The notes under the pieces are model-generated. The model worked only from the letters and a program-made list of their open reading frames with translations. It was not told the DNA's origin and did no database searches. A stretch of 64,000 nucleotides of DNA from Tetramitus jugosus (Eukaryota; Protista; Heterolobosea). Both the position numbers and the translations under genes were made by a program. This document shows positions 10,595 to 23,396 of this stretch, in pieces; within the stretch, counting starts at the first letter, position 1, and each line of letters begins with the position of its first letter. Location of the stretch: the NCBI GenBank assembly GCA_937625935.1, contig OW569346.1, positions 248,001-312,000 of the forward strand. The letters are read 5' to 3'.

Positions 10595-10667
10595 TCCTCC
10601 ATGGCTCAGTTGGTAGAGCGTCAGGCTGTTAACCTGCAGGTCGTTGGTTCGAGCCCAACTGGAGGAG
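10595..10667 (+). tRNA. tRNA-Asn(GTT)
   Basis: Acceptor stem TCCTCCA/TGGAGGA, D-arm GCTCAGTTGGTAGAGC, anticodon loop CT-GTT-AA, GGTTCGAGCCC T-arm, downstream T5 terminator. Confidence 0.97.
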
Positions 10668-10763
10668 ATCACCTTTTTCTTCGGGCAACTTCGCTTGCTT
10701 GGCAGTCGATTGTGACGCGTTAAAACAATCTGTTTCGTTAGCATAATGTCCAACCAACAAGGT

Positions 10764-11801
10764 TTATTTGGTTGTGTCTGGATCAAATTTTCTGCACGTC
10801 ACACAGTTTGATCTGCAATCGAGCGCATTGCCTAGATCTTCAATGTCTCCTTCTGTTCTCTGAACAAGCTTGGCCGCTCTCTCAAACGTTTCCTTTCCTA
10901 CCAAATCATTCACTCCGGCCATGTACGGTCCAATGTGAGAGTGAAGGCACTTGATAGAGAGAGGAGACTTCATACCGGCATTCGAATGACGTATCTGAGG
11001 ATAGTTGCTTCTCTCCTCATGTGTCTGAGCCTTGTTTCCAGTTGCCCATTGAGCAATTTCATCACGTGTCAACAGACCAGTGTTCAACAACCATTCCTCA
11101 TAGTTTGCATGTGTTTGAGCCAAGGACTCTGATGGTTGTTGTTCTTCCTCTACAGCTTCCTCTGTTGTGATTGTTGTTGCTTCAGTCGCTAAAGCACTAT
11201 TATTGTTTTGTTGTTGTTGCTCTTGCACAAATTGTTGCTTTCTCTTGAGCTGAGAGTGTTGAATCACTGAAGCTTCAAACTGTAGACGAATAGCGGTAAA
11301 TTCTTCAGAGTTATGCCGATCTCCGCCTTCCAACCGACTCACCAACTCCTTGACACGAGGACATGTCAACCAAACAAAAGTACCTGGTAAGACTTCCTTT
11401 GTTTCTTCATACTTGTCGTGTCCTCTCATTTTTGAAGACTTTGCAAAAGTGACTTGAGGATAACCCCATTTGCATCGCTTGAGAACATAGTGAGGGGTAG
11501 CAATCTTTGATTTTTTGAGTTGTTGCTTCAGAATGGTCATGTCTTTTTCGGTTGGTTTGTCAAACGCTGGTTCCATTGTTGTCGTCGTGTTGATTGTCGC
11601 CATTTTTCTTGCTATTGTCGCAATGGTTGTTGTTGTTTTTTGTGTTGTCGTGAAGAAAAATTGGCGGAGAAAGGAGGTTGTCGCTTGTGGTTGATTCGAT
11701 AACGAGAGGGGGCGCAGCAAGAATTGTTGTCGTTGTCTCATGTGAATTTTTGCTGGTGGCTTTTCGAATGTGAAATGAAAAGTGTTGTTCAATTTGAACA
11801 A
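10764..11801 (-). CDS. DUF501 family protein with possible organellar presequence
   Basis: RCKWGYPQV, WLTCP and KCLHSH motifs; R/S/T-rich N-terminus; exact start uncertain. Confidence 0.75.
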   Translation of the reverse strand: MFKLNNTFHFTFEKPPAKIHMRQRQQFLLRPLSLSNQPQATTSFLRQFFFTTTQKTTTTIATIARKMATINTTTTMEPAFDKPTEKDMTILKQQLKKSKIATPHYVLKRCKWGYPQVTFAKSSKMRGHDKYEETKEVLPGTFVWLTCPRVKELVSRLEGGDRHNSEEFTAIRLQFEASVIQHSQLKRKQQFVQEQQQQNNNSALATEATTITTEEAVEEEQQPSESLAQTHANYEEWLLNTGLLTRDEIAQWATGNKAQTHEERSNYPQIRHSNAGMKSPLSIKCLHSHIGPYMAGVNDLVGKETFERAAKLVQRTEGDIEDLGNALDCRSNCVTCRKFDPDTTK

Positions 11802-12163
11802 TGAATCGAGTCATGCAATTTCCCCGAAGAGTCTATTGTAAAATATTCTCCTTTTTGCTGACATCCGCACCGCACTAACATTTACTCCTAATGTGACATG
11901 ACATGTGACATGAACGACAGTCCTGGTGAATCACAAAGCAACAGTTTCAAAAAAAGTAACGCTCCAAACATCAACCAACCACCACAACTCGGCCCTTTCA
12001 CTTGCGCAAGAAGCATTCTCCTCCACTCCCATTCAGAAAAAGCCCTTTCGTCCACAAACGCAACAACAACTCACAAACACAACACTCTCTTCACCAATTC
12101 GTTCATCATCCCATTCAAACAACAACAACAACAACAACAACAGCAATAAAACACATTATCAAA

Positions 12164-14461
12164 ATGGGCAATAATCCATCCAATCAATTCATGGATCCCT
12201 ACATGAATGATTCATCACCGCAATCACCACCACCTACATCATCACCACGACACTCACCGATACCCTCGTCTGGTTCCTCTACGAATCTGTCGTCATCGTC
12301 ATCACTACCGTCCTCATCATCACTACCCTCTGACTCTAGACTCAGAGACCAACGAATCAACAGTCAATTAAGTTTTGAACAACAATTGGAGGCATCCCGA
12401 AGACAAAAGGAAGTCAAAATTTTGTTCTTGGGACTGCAGGACTCTGACCGCATGCTCACCATTCAAAAAATTAAACACTTTTCACAGTATGGACCCAACG
12501 GTTATCGTAAGCGAAAAATATCCAATGGGGAACATGCGAGAATCGTGAAACGAAAGCAGCAGCAACAGCAACAGGAGATTGATGCTCAACAACAACAACA
12601 ATTGCAAAACAACAGCAGTAGTGATGACAATGAGGTGACATTGACTGAGACCAACAACAGTAATGATAATAATGATAATAATGAGAGTACGGTTATTGCA
12701 CCCACCATCACTGTTGAGCCATCTCCAGAATCACCTCAACAACAACAACAACAACAACCACAAGAAGAAACGGAAACAAATCATGTACATAACGAACAAG
12801 AATCATCATTGTCAGTGATTGATCAGTCCATTACTAACAATGCAGGCGACACAAATGACCAAGGGGAGACAATGCCAACACTGGAGGAAAAAGAACAGTC
12901 CACAACAGACGGCGGTGCTCTTCCAGACAATGACACGATATCGAAGACAAACAAAGAAGAGAAACAACAACAAACAGATGTGAAAAAACAAGCTACAGAA
13001 GAACCACAAGTACAAAATAATGAAAATAACAACAACAATGATACTTATGAAGAAGAAGAGGATTATGACGAGGAGGAAGATTATGAAGACGAAGAAGAAG
13101 AAAACAGAAACAATCAATTCAGAGAAATTATTCATTTTCATACATTGAACGGTTTTCAGCAGTTGTTGCAAGCCGTTACTCTGTTTGATTTGGATTTGAA
13201 GACATTGTTTGAGCCAAAGCTATCGAAACAGGAGAAGTCGGACTTGAGCAAGGTATTTATTATTGCACTTTTTTGTTATTGACTTGTGTTTTTGTTACTG
13301 TTCTTGTTATGTTGTTGTTGACACTCTATTGTTACTTTGGTTCTTTTTCAATCTCACGATGTTTAGTTTGTTGAGACCATTCGTGGAATGCACTTTTCCT
13401 ATGGCCAACTAGTGCTTAATAGCACTGTTGTTTTCATGATTGAGTCACTGTGGAGTCAACCAGGTATTCAAGCCGTGTATGATAGACGTCACGATGCAAA
13501 AGTTGCTCATTTTTCTTCACTGCAGTGCCTGGGTTACTTTATGGATCATTTGGCGCGAATTACAACTGATCCCTATGTACCGAGTGATGAGGATGTAGAG
13601 TTTGCTGGAAAGTATCTAAATGAGGATCGGTCGGGAATTGAGGAGGTGCGATGGGAGTTTTCTGGTCAGAGCTATCGAATCTTCAATGTCAAGGGCAAGT
13701 ACAATGACTGTCGAAAGTGGCTGTTTCAGTTCGAAGGTGTTGATGTCGTGTGCTTCTTGTGTCCACTCGCTGATTATGACCTACCACCTGATCAAAGAGG
13801 AAGAGCCAATGTGCTCAAGGAGAGTCTCAATCTGTTTGACCGTATGTGCAACTCTGCTTGGTTCAGACAGACACCTGTCATGCTTCTCATGACCAAGTTT
13901 GATCAGTTCCGAGAGAAGATTGCCGACACGGATCTCATTTGCTGCTTCCATGATTACAATGGTGGCTGTGTGTATCAAACAGCGGTTCAGTTCATTACGG
14001 AAAAGTTTTTAAATGTTAGAAAGAGAAAGAGATCAGGTTCATACAACTCTGCAGACATTGGCAGTGTGAGTGAGTTCCTTCAGAATGCATACAGAGATGT
14101 TAACAGTCAGGACTCCGAGGAGGAACCGAGTGGCATCTTCCCTATTTATACTTCGAGCTCCGATGATGTCGATATGCTCGTGACCAACATTGGTGGTGCT
14201 TTGAAGAATATTTTGTACCTGCAAAAAATTGAGAAACAAAAGCAAGCAATGAGAGAGAAGAAGAGACTGGAGCAATTGGCAAACAGACGAAGGTCTTTTG
14301 GCTTTCCACGCAGATCCGCCAGTGTTCACTCTCTTCAAAAGGACATTCTGACCATGGATGAAAGAACAAATGAATCTGAATCTGAGAGCCCTCGGTCTGC
14401 TCGGTCTCCCAACAACAATAGTTCCTTCTTCGAACGACTCTCTCTTCTCAAGAAAAAGTAA
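12164..14461 (+). CDS. Divergent G-protein alpha-like protein (intron 13253-13366)
   Basis: MG N-terminus; LWSQPGIQAVYDRR, YVPSDED, RKWLFQFEGV, ESLNLFDRMCNSAWF, TKFD; G boxes degenerate. Confidence 0.82.
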
Positions 14462-14639
14462 AGGCTTCCTCACCGTCGCGATTTCTTTCTTCCCCATTTT
14501 TCTCGAATTTCAACTTTTGACGAGAAATGAAATAAACAATTTTGCTTTGCAGTCAAAAAAAAGCAATCACAACAAAAGCAGAAGAAGCACGACAACAACA
14601 ACTCACATTTACGAATTGCTTTTCTGCCAGAAAAATCTC

Positions 14640-15623
14640 ATGAGATTCCGAGCCAACTTAATCAATCCCACCCTACTGTTACACATTCTCCAAGCCCTGG
14701 AAAAAATTGATCAGTCATGCGTGATTGGTCTCAGCCGAGACACCATTTCCTTTACAGTGAAATCCGATGCCAAGAACAGTACGGAAGTCTGGTCCAGTGT
14801 CACCTCTCACGAACTGTTGAGTGATGTTCGAGTCGAGTCAATGAACGACAATGTGATTCACATGGAAGTTCATTCCAAGAATTTGATCAAGGTTCTTCAA
14901 TCGTGCACACCCAGTCAGTCCTCCACAAAGCAAATATTGATCAAGTTGACAAAGAAGAATAGACAACCGTACTTTACGTTTGAGATTTGTTCGACACAGA
15001 GCTTGTCTCACGGCAATAGTGCTCTATCGCAGAACACTGTGATTCAGGATGTGCCAGTGAGGATATTGAGTGCACAGGAGGCAGAGGAGATGACGGAGCC
15101 ACCGATTGGTGAATGTAAAGTACAGTTGGTGATACCGAATCCAAAGACTTTGAAAACAATGATTGATCGAATGAAGTCAATGATTAAGAGTGAGGGAACA
15201 TTGAATATTGATGGATCGTTTGATGGGAGCTGTGGACGGTTGGTGATGATGGTAAGTACGACACTGAGTACAGCTAGAACAGTGTTTAATCAATTGGCTG
15301 TGAAGTCGAACAATAATTCTTCAATGACAAACGAGAGTGGATTCGGAGCAGATGACAATGATGTTGCAATGGGTGATGTACAAAATAACAATAATAATAA
15401 TAACAATAATAATAACAATAATGGCGATACAACGTTTACCTATTTGAATTCTCAACGTGTCAGTGTGGACATTAATCGATTTTCCAAGTTTACACATGTT
15501 CATGTGACTGAACCCAGAGAGGTCGTCATGGGTATGACACCAGATGTTCTTGTGTTCAATGCAGCCATACTTGGTGGGTACATTACTTACTACATTGGTT
15601 GTACTCAATATGATTTTGTATAA
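14640..15623 (+). CDS. HUS1: Checkpoint clamp subunit Hus1
   Basis: MRFRA start, VESMNDNVIHME, IKLTKK, VIQDVPV. Confidence 0.85.
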   Translation: MRFRANLINPTLLLHILQALEKIDQSCVIGLSRDTISFTVKSDAKNSTEVWSSVTSHELLSDVRVESMNDNVIHMEVHSKNLIKVLQSCTPSQSSTKQILIKLTKKNRQPYFTFEICSTQSLSHGNSALSQNTVIQDVPVRILSAQEAEEMTEPPIGECKVQLVIPNPKTLKTMIDRMKSMIKSEGTLNIDGSFDGSCGRLVMMVSTTLSTARTVFNQLAVKSNNNSSMTNESGFGADDNDVAMGDVQNNNNNNNNNNNNNGDTTFTYLNSQRVSVDINRFSKFTHVHVTEPREVVMGMTPDVLVFNAAILGGYITYYIGCTQYDFV

Positions 15624-15658
15624 AACGCATTCTCTATTTTATTGAAACGAACACCATC

Positions 15659-18618
15659 TTATTCGATGCTCTGGGAAGAACAGAGCAGAAATTGAATTTT
15701 ACTAGCAAGAGTGCGTCGTATCGGTTCTGATTGAGTCGATTCAGGATGACTGGAATAGTTTCTTACAACAGATGTTGTTTGTTGATAGAATTGTTTCATG
15801 GTATCTAACTTAACAAGTACATTCCGTTCAGTCTCATCAACTCCTTTACAGTTCTGGATCCAATGAACTAAGGAATTATAGTCTGATTCCATCTGTTGAT
15901 GGACACTTTGGCCGAGAGACTGTGTTAAATTTGTTTTTCTACTCCGAGATTTGCGTTTCATGCGAATGATTAAGTCAAGCTGTTCGTCGTTCTTGGATTT
16001 GAAAAAGTGTTGATAGACGGTGACTAAGGTAGATATAAATTGTGGGATAACTAGCTTTCTGGTTTCTTCGTTCAACTGAATCAGAACTTCGAAGGCTGGC
16101 TGTAAAATAGCTTCGATTGAAAGGGCTAGGAGAGATGTAGAGGGTGTCAGATCGGACGACGAAACTACTCTCCGATACCAGCGTCCTTTTCGTTCCTTCT
16201 TATTCGTTTGGTAAAACAAACCCATTGACCCTCCATTGTTGGAAAAGTTTACATTGAAGAACTCCTGGCATACATCATTAATCTCTTCAAACAATCGTTC
16301 AGATACAACTCCAGACAAACATCCCGCTGTTCTCAATAGTTTTTCAAAAGAGAATGTTGGCCAGGCAAGATGAGGATTCACATATAAATTATTGGCGTAT
16401 TCGAAGTTCAGATTTTCAACAATATTAATCATCACGCGGAGTTCGTGATGTAATATGCACATATTTTTCAATGAAGGACAGCATTTCAGTTCATTCACTT
16501 TCGTATGGAGCCAATTAATCCAGATCGATGTAATGAGGAGTATTCGATTCGAGGCTGTTCTTATTGAAGATAGGAGATACCAATTGATGCAATCATGCCA
16601 TTTTTGCGAGAAGTTGACTCTAGGCAACATTTTAACATTGTGGTCAAGCCAAACACTAAGATTAGGACTGGGATTTCTTTCTGTTCGATTCTCCATGATA
16701 GTTAAATTCTCTCTGTCCAAGACTGATGTCGTCTCTCTAAATGATTTCATTGCGTGGTACAACAAAGATGGAGTTGATTCTTCTACTTTCCCTTCATTCA
16801 TCAGTACAAGAGGTCCATCATTGATTTGAATTTGATATAGGAGTCTCACAAAAGCAACATAGTATTGTTGAATATCTCCAATATGGTGGCCATTGAAGAA
16901 CAAAACATCACTGTCCAATCTTCCATTTCGTATTCTCCAAAGAGAACTATCTTCCAAGTAAACCAATTCACCATCAGAAACCCATTCGGTACCCTCTTTG
17001 ATGCTTGAGGGGTTAGGATCAACTTCACTTATGGTATTCACTAATTCTTCATTCATCTTAGCGTCTTGGTCTTCATTCTCTCCATTTGATTTGTCGTAGA
17101 AGGTATCGTTTGAATCTAAATCTGAGTGATTGTTGACAGTCATTGTCCTCGATTCTTTATCATGTTCTATCCATCCCTTGAATTCGAGATATTGTTTGGT
17201 AAGCCATCTGTTAGATTCTTTCATGTTTCTCTTCGAGAGAACCTGGTATTGGGAGCATAAAGGGAGAAACTCATGATACAGAGTATGTAAGTCTGACTTT
17301 GTGTTCAGATAGAGAGACGCGATAGACAAAATTTTGGACACAAACGTGTACTCTGAGCATGTTATCCTTTCTAGACACTCTTTGAAATCATTCAAAGAGA
17401 TGATTCTCCCATTCTTGAGCTTGTACACTACATGGCATTCGAAGTTCGCATCATTTACGGAATAGTTATCTCCAATGTCACCACGTGTAGAGTGAAGGTT
17501 CGGTACCATGCTAGGAGATAGAATAGGAAAGGAGGAGAACAGTATTCCAGTAATATCAGCTTCGCTAAAAACATTCTGTTCAACAAGCTTTAACTTTTTG
17601 GTCGGAATGTCATGTTTGTGGATTTTTGATATCCGTATTTCACCTGTGAGTTGAAGAAGCTCTTGCAAGGATATTTCACTGACTTGAAACGATTCTTGAG
17701 AGAGAGGAGAGTGATTGATATACTGATGTGTTGGTTGATTGTAAGCCATGGAGGGGGTGAGATTCATCTTCGCACATACACAACCCTGATTAAACAACAA
17801 AATCAAGCTGCAAAAAGATGTAAAAAACAATGGATTTCTGTACAAGAAGAGATGGAACATACTTCAAAGCAAAATGGACACCATTTTGAAACTCTAAATT
17901 TGCTTCGTCAAATATTTCCACGTAGTCACTCATTACTTTTTGCCAGAATGATAGGATAATCTTTCTAACTAAGCCAATAGCATTCACAACATGTCTTCGA
18001 ATGATGATTTCACTTCTCTCAAAAGTTGATAAAGTATCGATGTATTTACCGTTTTCCAGATAGAATTCAATAAGTTCTAAGTGTCTCCGAGATTGGTTGA
18101 AGTATCGAATAAGTCGGTCCATTGTATCAAAAAAAGACAGCTTCAATGATTTTGGGTCTCTATTTCGTTGGAGGTGAGTCATTATTGTTAATTCTTTCCG
18201 TTGGATTGTTTGATTCATCTCCAGTGCCATTCTAATGCTCTCTAAAATGTTCTTCTGGAAGGTAGTCTCTAAGAGAGCAAGAGAGTGCTCCCTTGGGGTT
18301 TGTTTGAACGAAAGAGGAGGATTCTGGGGTTCTTCAAGCATGATTGTCGTATGATTTTCGTTTGTAGATCTTCTCCTTCTCCTTCTTTTGTCATTCTTGC
18401 TTCTCATGCTCCGTACTCGAACAGAGTCACTACAAATCCTGTTCCTGTTCAATCTAGATTGACAATCAATTTCACTTGTAGCAATGGAAGGTAGAATAAC
18501 TTGTCCTACCGCCATAGATGCTATGGAGGTGTACTGTAAAGCTCCGACTCTCGATTCATTGTAACGGGATCTGCTCTCACTGACTCTGAAAATACAATTA
18601 TTGATCAGAGCATCCATT
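15659..18618 (-). CDS. Hypothetical protein (probably two ORFs joined by intron ~17808-17862)
   Basis: 733-aa and 330-aa ORFs join in frame through GTATGT...TGCAG; start uncertain. Confidence 0.55.
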
Positions 18619-18759
18619 AAAGACACCTCTATTAGTTGTGATGAGCCAGAATCTGAATAAAGGCAAATAGTTGTTCGCTCCAAAAGCTGGTCTGTAGATT
18701 TTAAAGAATTTCTCCGTCCTTTTCGTCTTTGAGGAACCGCGAAGAGAATTGATAGAAGA

Positions 18760-21700
18760 ATGGGAGGTGTTGGTGGAATCATTGACTACTACAGCAAGAT
18801 GGCCTATAGAGGAGGTATAGATGCTCAACTGGAAGCAGCAAAAGCATTTGGAAAGTACTGTGATGAAAGTAGGTGTAATTGTTTGTTTATTGAATTAATT
18901 GGCTTCAAAACTCACTACTTGAAGAATCAAAGCAAAGAAAAGTCATTTCAGAAGGAGGATTAGAAGCGATTCTGTTTTTAACTGATTCAGACTCATTATA
19001 TGTCGTTCAAGAGGCTATGAAAGTGATGACAATACTGTGTTCTGTCCGTAGGTACCAATCATAGTCTGTTCTAGCTATTTGTAGCAATTATAAGTAACAT
19101 ACCTATTTATCAGACGATTTTGCTAGGGATCTAGTAATTGAACGTGATTGCTTTACGTATCTAGCGAAGTTAGTAGTTCATCATGATATCGAAGTTCAGA
19201 TCATGTCTGCAAGATGTATTGGATATCTAGGAAGTCATAGATCATGCACCAAACGATTAGTGAGTCAAGGAGCCCTATTGCCCATTTTGGGATTACTTAG
19301 ACAGGATCTCGATTCAAATCTTTTGCTTGAAATATGTGTTTCCATTTCCAAGTGTTATTTAAATTGTATGTTAGATTTCATTGAGATAGTCAGTCCATGA
19401 CAGTTGATAACACATGTTGAATAGATGACTTCGCTCTTCGAATTGTTATTATTTGGGGAGTATTACCAGTTAAAGAACTAGTGTATGTGTACAATTCACA
19501 GATAGAAAAAATCTCGGCGTCATACGCGAGTCTAAATAGCAGGATAATCCTCGAGAAATTGGAGTTGTACCAAAGAATATTGGTAGCCTTGGTGGATGTT
19601 TTAAGGAACTACTCTACTTGTGAAAAGATAGCTTATTACATGATTTATGAGGATACCATATGTATTCTAACTGATATAGCATCAGTTCTATTGCACCACA
19701 GTATGGTCGATGTTCGTAGAATTGCAACGATGATTTGTTACCACCTCGTTCAACATAAAGCCTGTCGAGAGTTGATCGTGAAACATGATATAGTTCGCCA
19801 ATGGATAGAAACGATAGATACCGACTACGATTCTCGCCACAACACTGCCAAAGCTTTGAACACATTATGTGAGTTGTGTCACGAAGATGAAATGGGTGAG
19901 TAACAGTGATTTTGCTGAAAATGTTAAGAACTACTACTAACGCATAATAGAGATTGTTAGAAGTCGTGTGAAGCAATACTCTTCAATCACTTTCGTTTAT
20001 GCTATGAATAGATCAATTGGATGCATGTACATTCAAAGGATGGTTTTGGATATATTAATCCAAGGTGATTTGATTATTAGAGAAAACAACACTCTCTTTT
20101 CGCACGACTTCATCAAGTCTGTTATTAATTTGAGTTCAACGAGCATAGATTTGCAGATCAAGAGAATTTGCAGCGAATTAATTTACAAATTTTCAAGAAT
20201 ACAAGAGTTCCACGAGTTGTTAGTTCGAGAAGGATCAGAAATTCTTATTCCGCATCTGGTGTTTAAAGATATAGAGTCAAAGTCTTGGTCTGTTAAAACT
20301 CTGGCCCAACTGGGAGAAACAGTTGATATGCTACCCGTTCTACGTCAGAACGGAATAATTGTCCCAACCATCAGATGTTTCTTAATGACATCGAGCAGAA
20401 GCTGTTCAGAACAAGAAATTCTAAATAACATAATGCGAATAATAGCTATGCTTTCTGATTTTGGAGATCTTCGTAAGGAAATACTTCAGTTAGAAAGTGG
20501 AAGAGCACTGACAAAGCTGTTGGATATTTTCGACCGATGCCTTCAGGAACAAGAATGGAACACATTAGGTTTATGTTTGAAAATATTCACTTCCTTCATC
20601 AAGAATGCAAATCATGAAGGTTCTGGAAATGCTAATCTCAAAATATTATCAGAAAAACGATTGTTTCGGATGGCTGACTTGGTTCTCTGTGACAATTTTA
20701 AAGTTTCGATCATGATCACCGAAGTGTTTGTTGCATACTCCCAGCACAACAACGTGCCGATTCCATGCTTTTGGGCTAATCTATTTGAAAAATTAGTGGA
20801 GATGTCTACATGTGGTCACAACTATTCCATCTTATCGTATCAACGAGAAGAATTGATGAAAGCTCTATTGGTCATGATCAAGAAAAGTATGTACAAAATG
20901 AAAGTAACTTGAATGATTGGAACTTACTGACCCACCAGTAGAACATATCCATAGCCAGTTGAGGCATCAAATTGTCTTTCGCATGTATATGGATATCTTT
21001 TTAAAATCGAAACCTTTCAGTTTCCTCAAGTACTATGCGGCTCATACAATTATTTTCTTCTCCAAGACTTGTATGTACATTCTTCATAGTCGAATATTCA
21101 TTCACATGTTAACCTCCAAAGAAGATACCGCTATGGTCAATTCTTTGATTTCCGAGTATCATTCACAGTTGAACACCCACCAGAAGCAGTTTAAATTCTA
21201 CTATGGATTCGATCCTTCTGAAGACAATAATTGTTTCGAAAATGTGCTCTCAAACATCCATAAGTATCTAGAGCACTTCGAAGTAGAGAGAAAGAAAAAG
21301 AACCGAAGATATGTAATCCTAAACAAACTGAAGAGGTCCATTGTTGCTCTATCAAAGTACCAAAAAGAAAATGAGGAGAATGCTGAGAAGCTTTCGAACC
21401 TACTTGCTGAAGCACAGAACAATGAAGCTGAAGCGGCTTCAAACCTAGAGTATGAACCCTTGAAACATCAACATCACTATGATGACGAACTATCGGGGAT
21501 CCTATTCAGAAACTTCTATCAACCAAAATCCACAGAGACGAAGCTCAGATTAGAAGAACTGCTCCTGGGAACCTATTCCCCAGTAACCAACATCCCAGAC
21601 TCCAGAGGATCCAATGTTCACTCTGTCCACAACAAGCCAAACAACAATCCAGATGAGTTGATCCATAAGACAACATCCAGCAATTCTATTCGCTCAGTGT

Positions 21701-21966
21701 CATACAATCCCCAACAACATATGCGGAAGAAGATGCAAAAGGATACTCCAACCACGAGTCGAGCAAAGCCATTCTTGGCTGATGAAAAGTTTGTGACTGA
21801 TTATGATACCGTGAAGGAACCGAGCGTTGACCGGAACACAGCAACATTGTCTGGCTATACCAAAATCTCTTTCAAACCAAAGGAAGAACGCAAGAGGGAA
21901 GAAGTGAACGACCGCATCAAACGGAGATACCTCCAACGCAGTACCACACTCAATTTATTAGCGTGA
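18760..21966 (+). CDS. Armadillo/HEAT-repeat-like protein, multi-exon
   Basis: Successive + strand ORFs with ARM-like segments (LVSQGALLPILGLL, LRQNGIIVPTI) separated by short GT-AG introns. Confidence 0.6.
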
Positions 21967-22118
21967 GATATTGCCAACTTGTGCGGCCGAAATAATTACT
22001 CGTTGATCTTCATCAACAAAAACAGATTATCACCTGGAATCCAACGTTCGCACTTCAACAAGAAGGTCTCTGAACACCAGCCTTACACCAGGAAACCAAC
22101 AAAACCATTTATCAAAAA

Positions 22119-23396
22119 ATGATTACCGATCATCATCAACAAAACAACAACTCAACCGACAGTGATGACGCACTGGCCAACTTGTCTGTCAAGGATCTCA
22201 CACAAATGAAGCGGGAGATTGAGAAGAATCTCCGTCAAATTGAACAACAAATCTTCAATTTAGAGGGAAATTATTTGGAGGAGACGGGAAATTTTGGAAA
22301 CGTTGTAAAGGGATTTGAAGGTTATCTGAGCACGAGAGCACGTGCCTCCCAATCCACTCGTAAGACCAAGTTCAAGGACTCTGATCGTATTTTTTCCAAT
22401 TCAAGCTATGTTTTGATTCCCGCCATTTCCTCACATCCATCGGACAAGTCATCTACAGCTGGAATGCTGCTGAATGGTAGTAGCGGAGAATCCAGTGTGG
22501 ACAGGGGAATGGATGACCATGCGGCAACAGCTAAGATTCGCAAGAATGCTGCCACCATGACTCCATCTGCCCATACAAATGAAAAATCGCTGACTGGTAA
22601 CATCACCTTTGTGGATGAGCATAGTAATCCATTAAGGAAAGAAGTGGCGTTGTCTGAAGAGAACAAGGACCTTGTGTTTCAAGCAAATGCTCGTAAACGG
22701 AAATTGCCAGCCAGTGATCAAAACATACAGAAGCGAAGACGGAGGAAGGTTTCGAGACACTTGTTATTGTCGCAACAGGAAGGAGAAGGAGAAGAAGAAC
22801 TGGACGACAAGACAAACAAAAAGAAGGAAGTAGCCTCTACTTCAAGAACTGAGAATGTTTCGGTTCCAAGTGAGAATAGAAGAGCTGAGGAAACACCTGT
22901 GGCTGCAACTACAACCGATGCTGTACTTTTAGAAAAGAAACAAAAGCGCGAGAAATCAAAGCCCACCAAAGACAGTGAACACGATCCCACTGGCGATTCT
23001 CGACAAAAAGCACAAGCTCTATCGGCTCAAAGTGAAACATCTCAGCAAGAATCCAGAAAAACTAATTTAGATCATCTTACCAAGCCATCCACACCTGAAA
23101 AAACGAACCTGGACAACGACGAATTACTTGCGGGTCAGGAAGAAGACTCATTGGATGTTGTCAGCCCAGGTGGAGATGGTGACAATGAAGACAAAGATCA
23201 CGTAGTGGACGAAGAAGAAGAAGAAGACGATGAAGCTGATGAGGAAGAAGTTGATGGCGATGATGATGAAACCATGACAACGGTAACATCCGGGCATGAT
23301 GATGACTTTGTATCATCCATTACTGCAGCTTCTGGTAATGTTGACAGTGTTACAGAAGGCAGTGTGTTGGAGGACCACTCCTCAGAGGAGGAATAA
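22119..23396 (+). CDS. EAF6: NuA4/MOZ subunit Eaf6 with acidic C-terminal extension
   Basis: IEQQIFNLEGNYLEET.GNVVKGFEGYL...DRIFSNSS. Confidence 0.88.
   Translation: MITDHHQQNNNSTDSDDALANLSVKDLTQMKREIEKNLRQIEQQIFNLEGNYLEETGNFGNVVKGFEGYLSTRARASQSTRKTKFKDSDRIFSNSSYVLIPAISSHPSDKSSTAGMLLNGSSGESSVDRGMDDHAATAKIRKNAATMTPSAHTNEKSLTGNITFVDEHSNPLRKEVALSEENKDLVFQANARKRKLPASDQNIQKRRRRKVSRHLLLSQQEGEGEEELDDKTNKKKEVASTSRTENVSVPSENRRAEETPVAATTTDAVLLEKKQKREKSKPTKDSEHDPTGDSRQKAQALSAQSETSQQESRKTNLDHLTKPSTPEKTNLDNDELLAGQEEDSLDVVSPGGDGDNEDKDHVVDEEEEEDDEADEEEVDGDDDETMTTVTSGHDDDFVSSITAASGNVDSVTEGSVLEDHSSEEE

Noticed and set aside
9491-10786. 431-aa ORF as an intact host gene
   Set aside because: The first ~79 codons run antisense through tRNA-Asn and the TSD from a TTG start; only 9491-10550 is element-derived, so the read-through is most likely chance.
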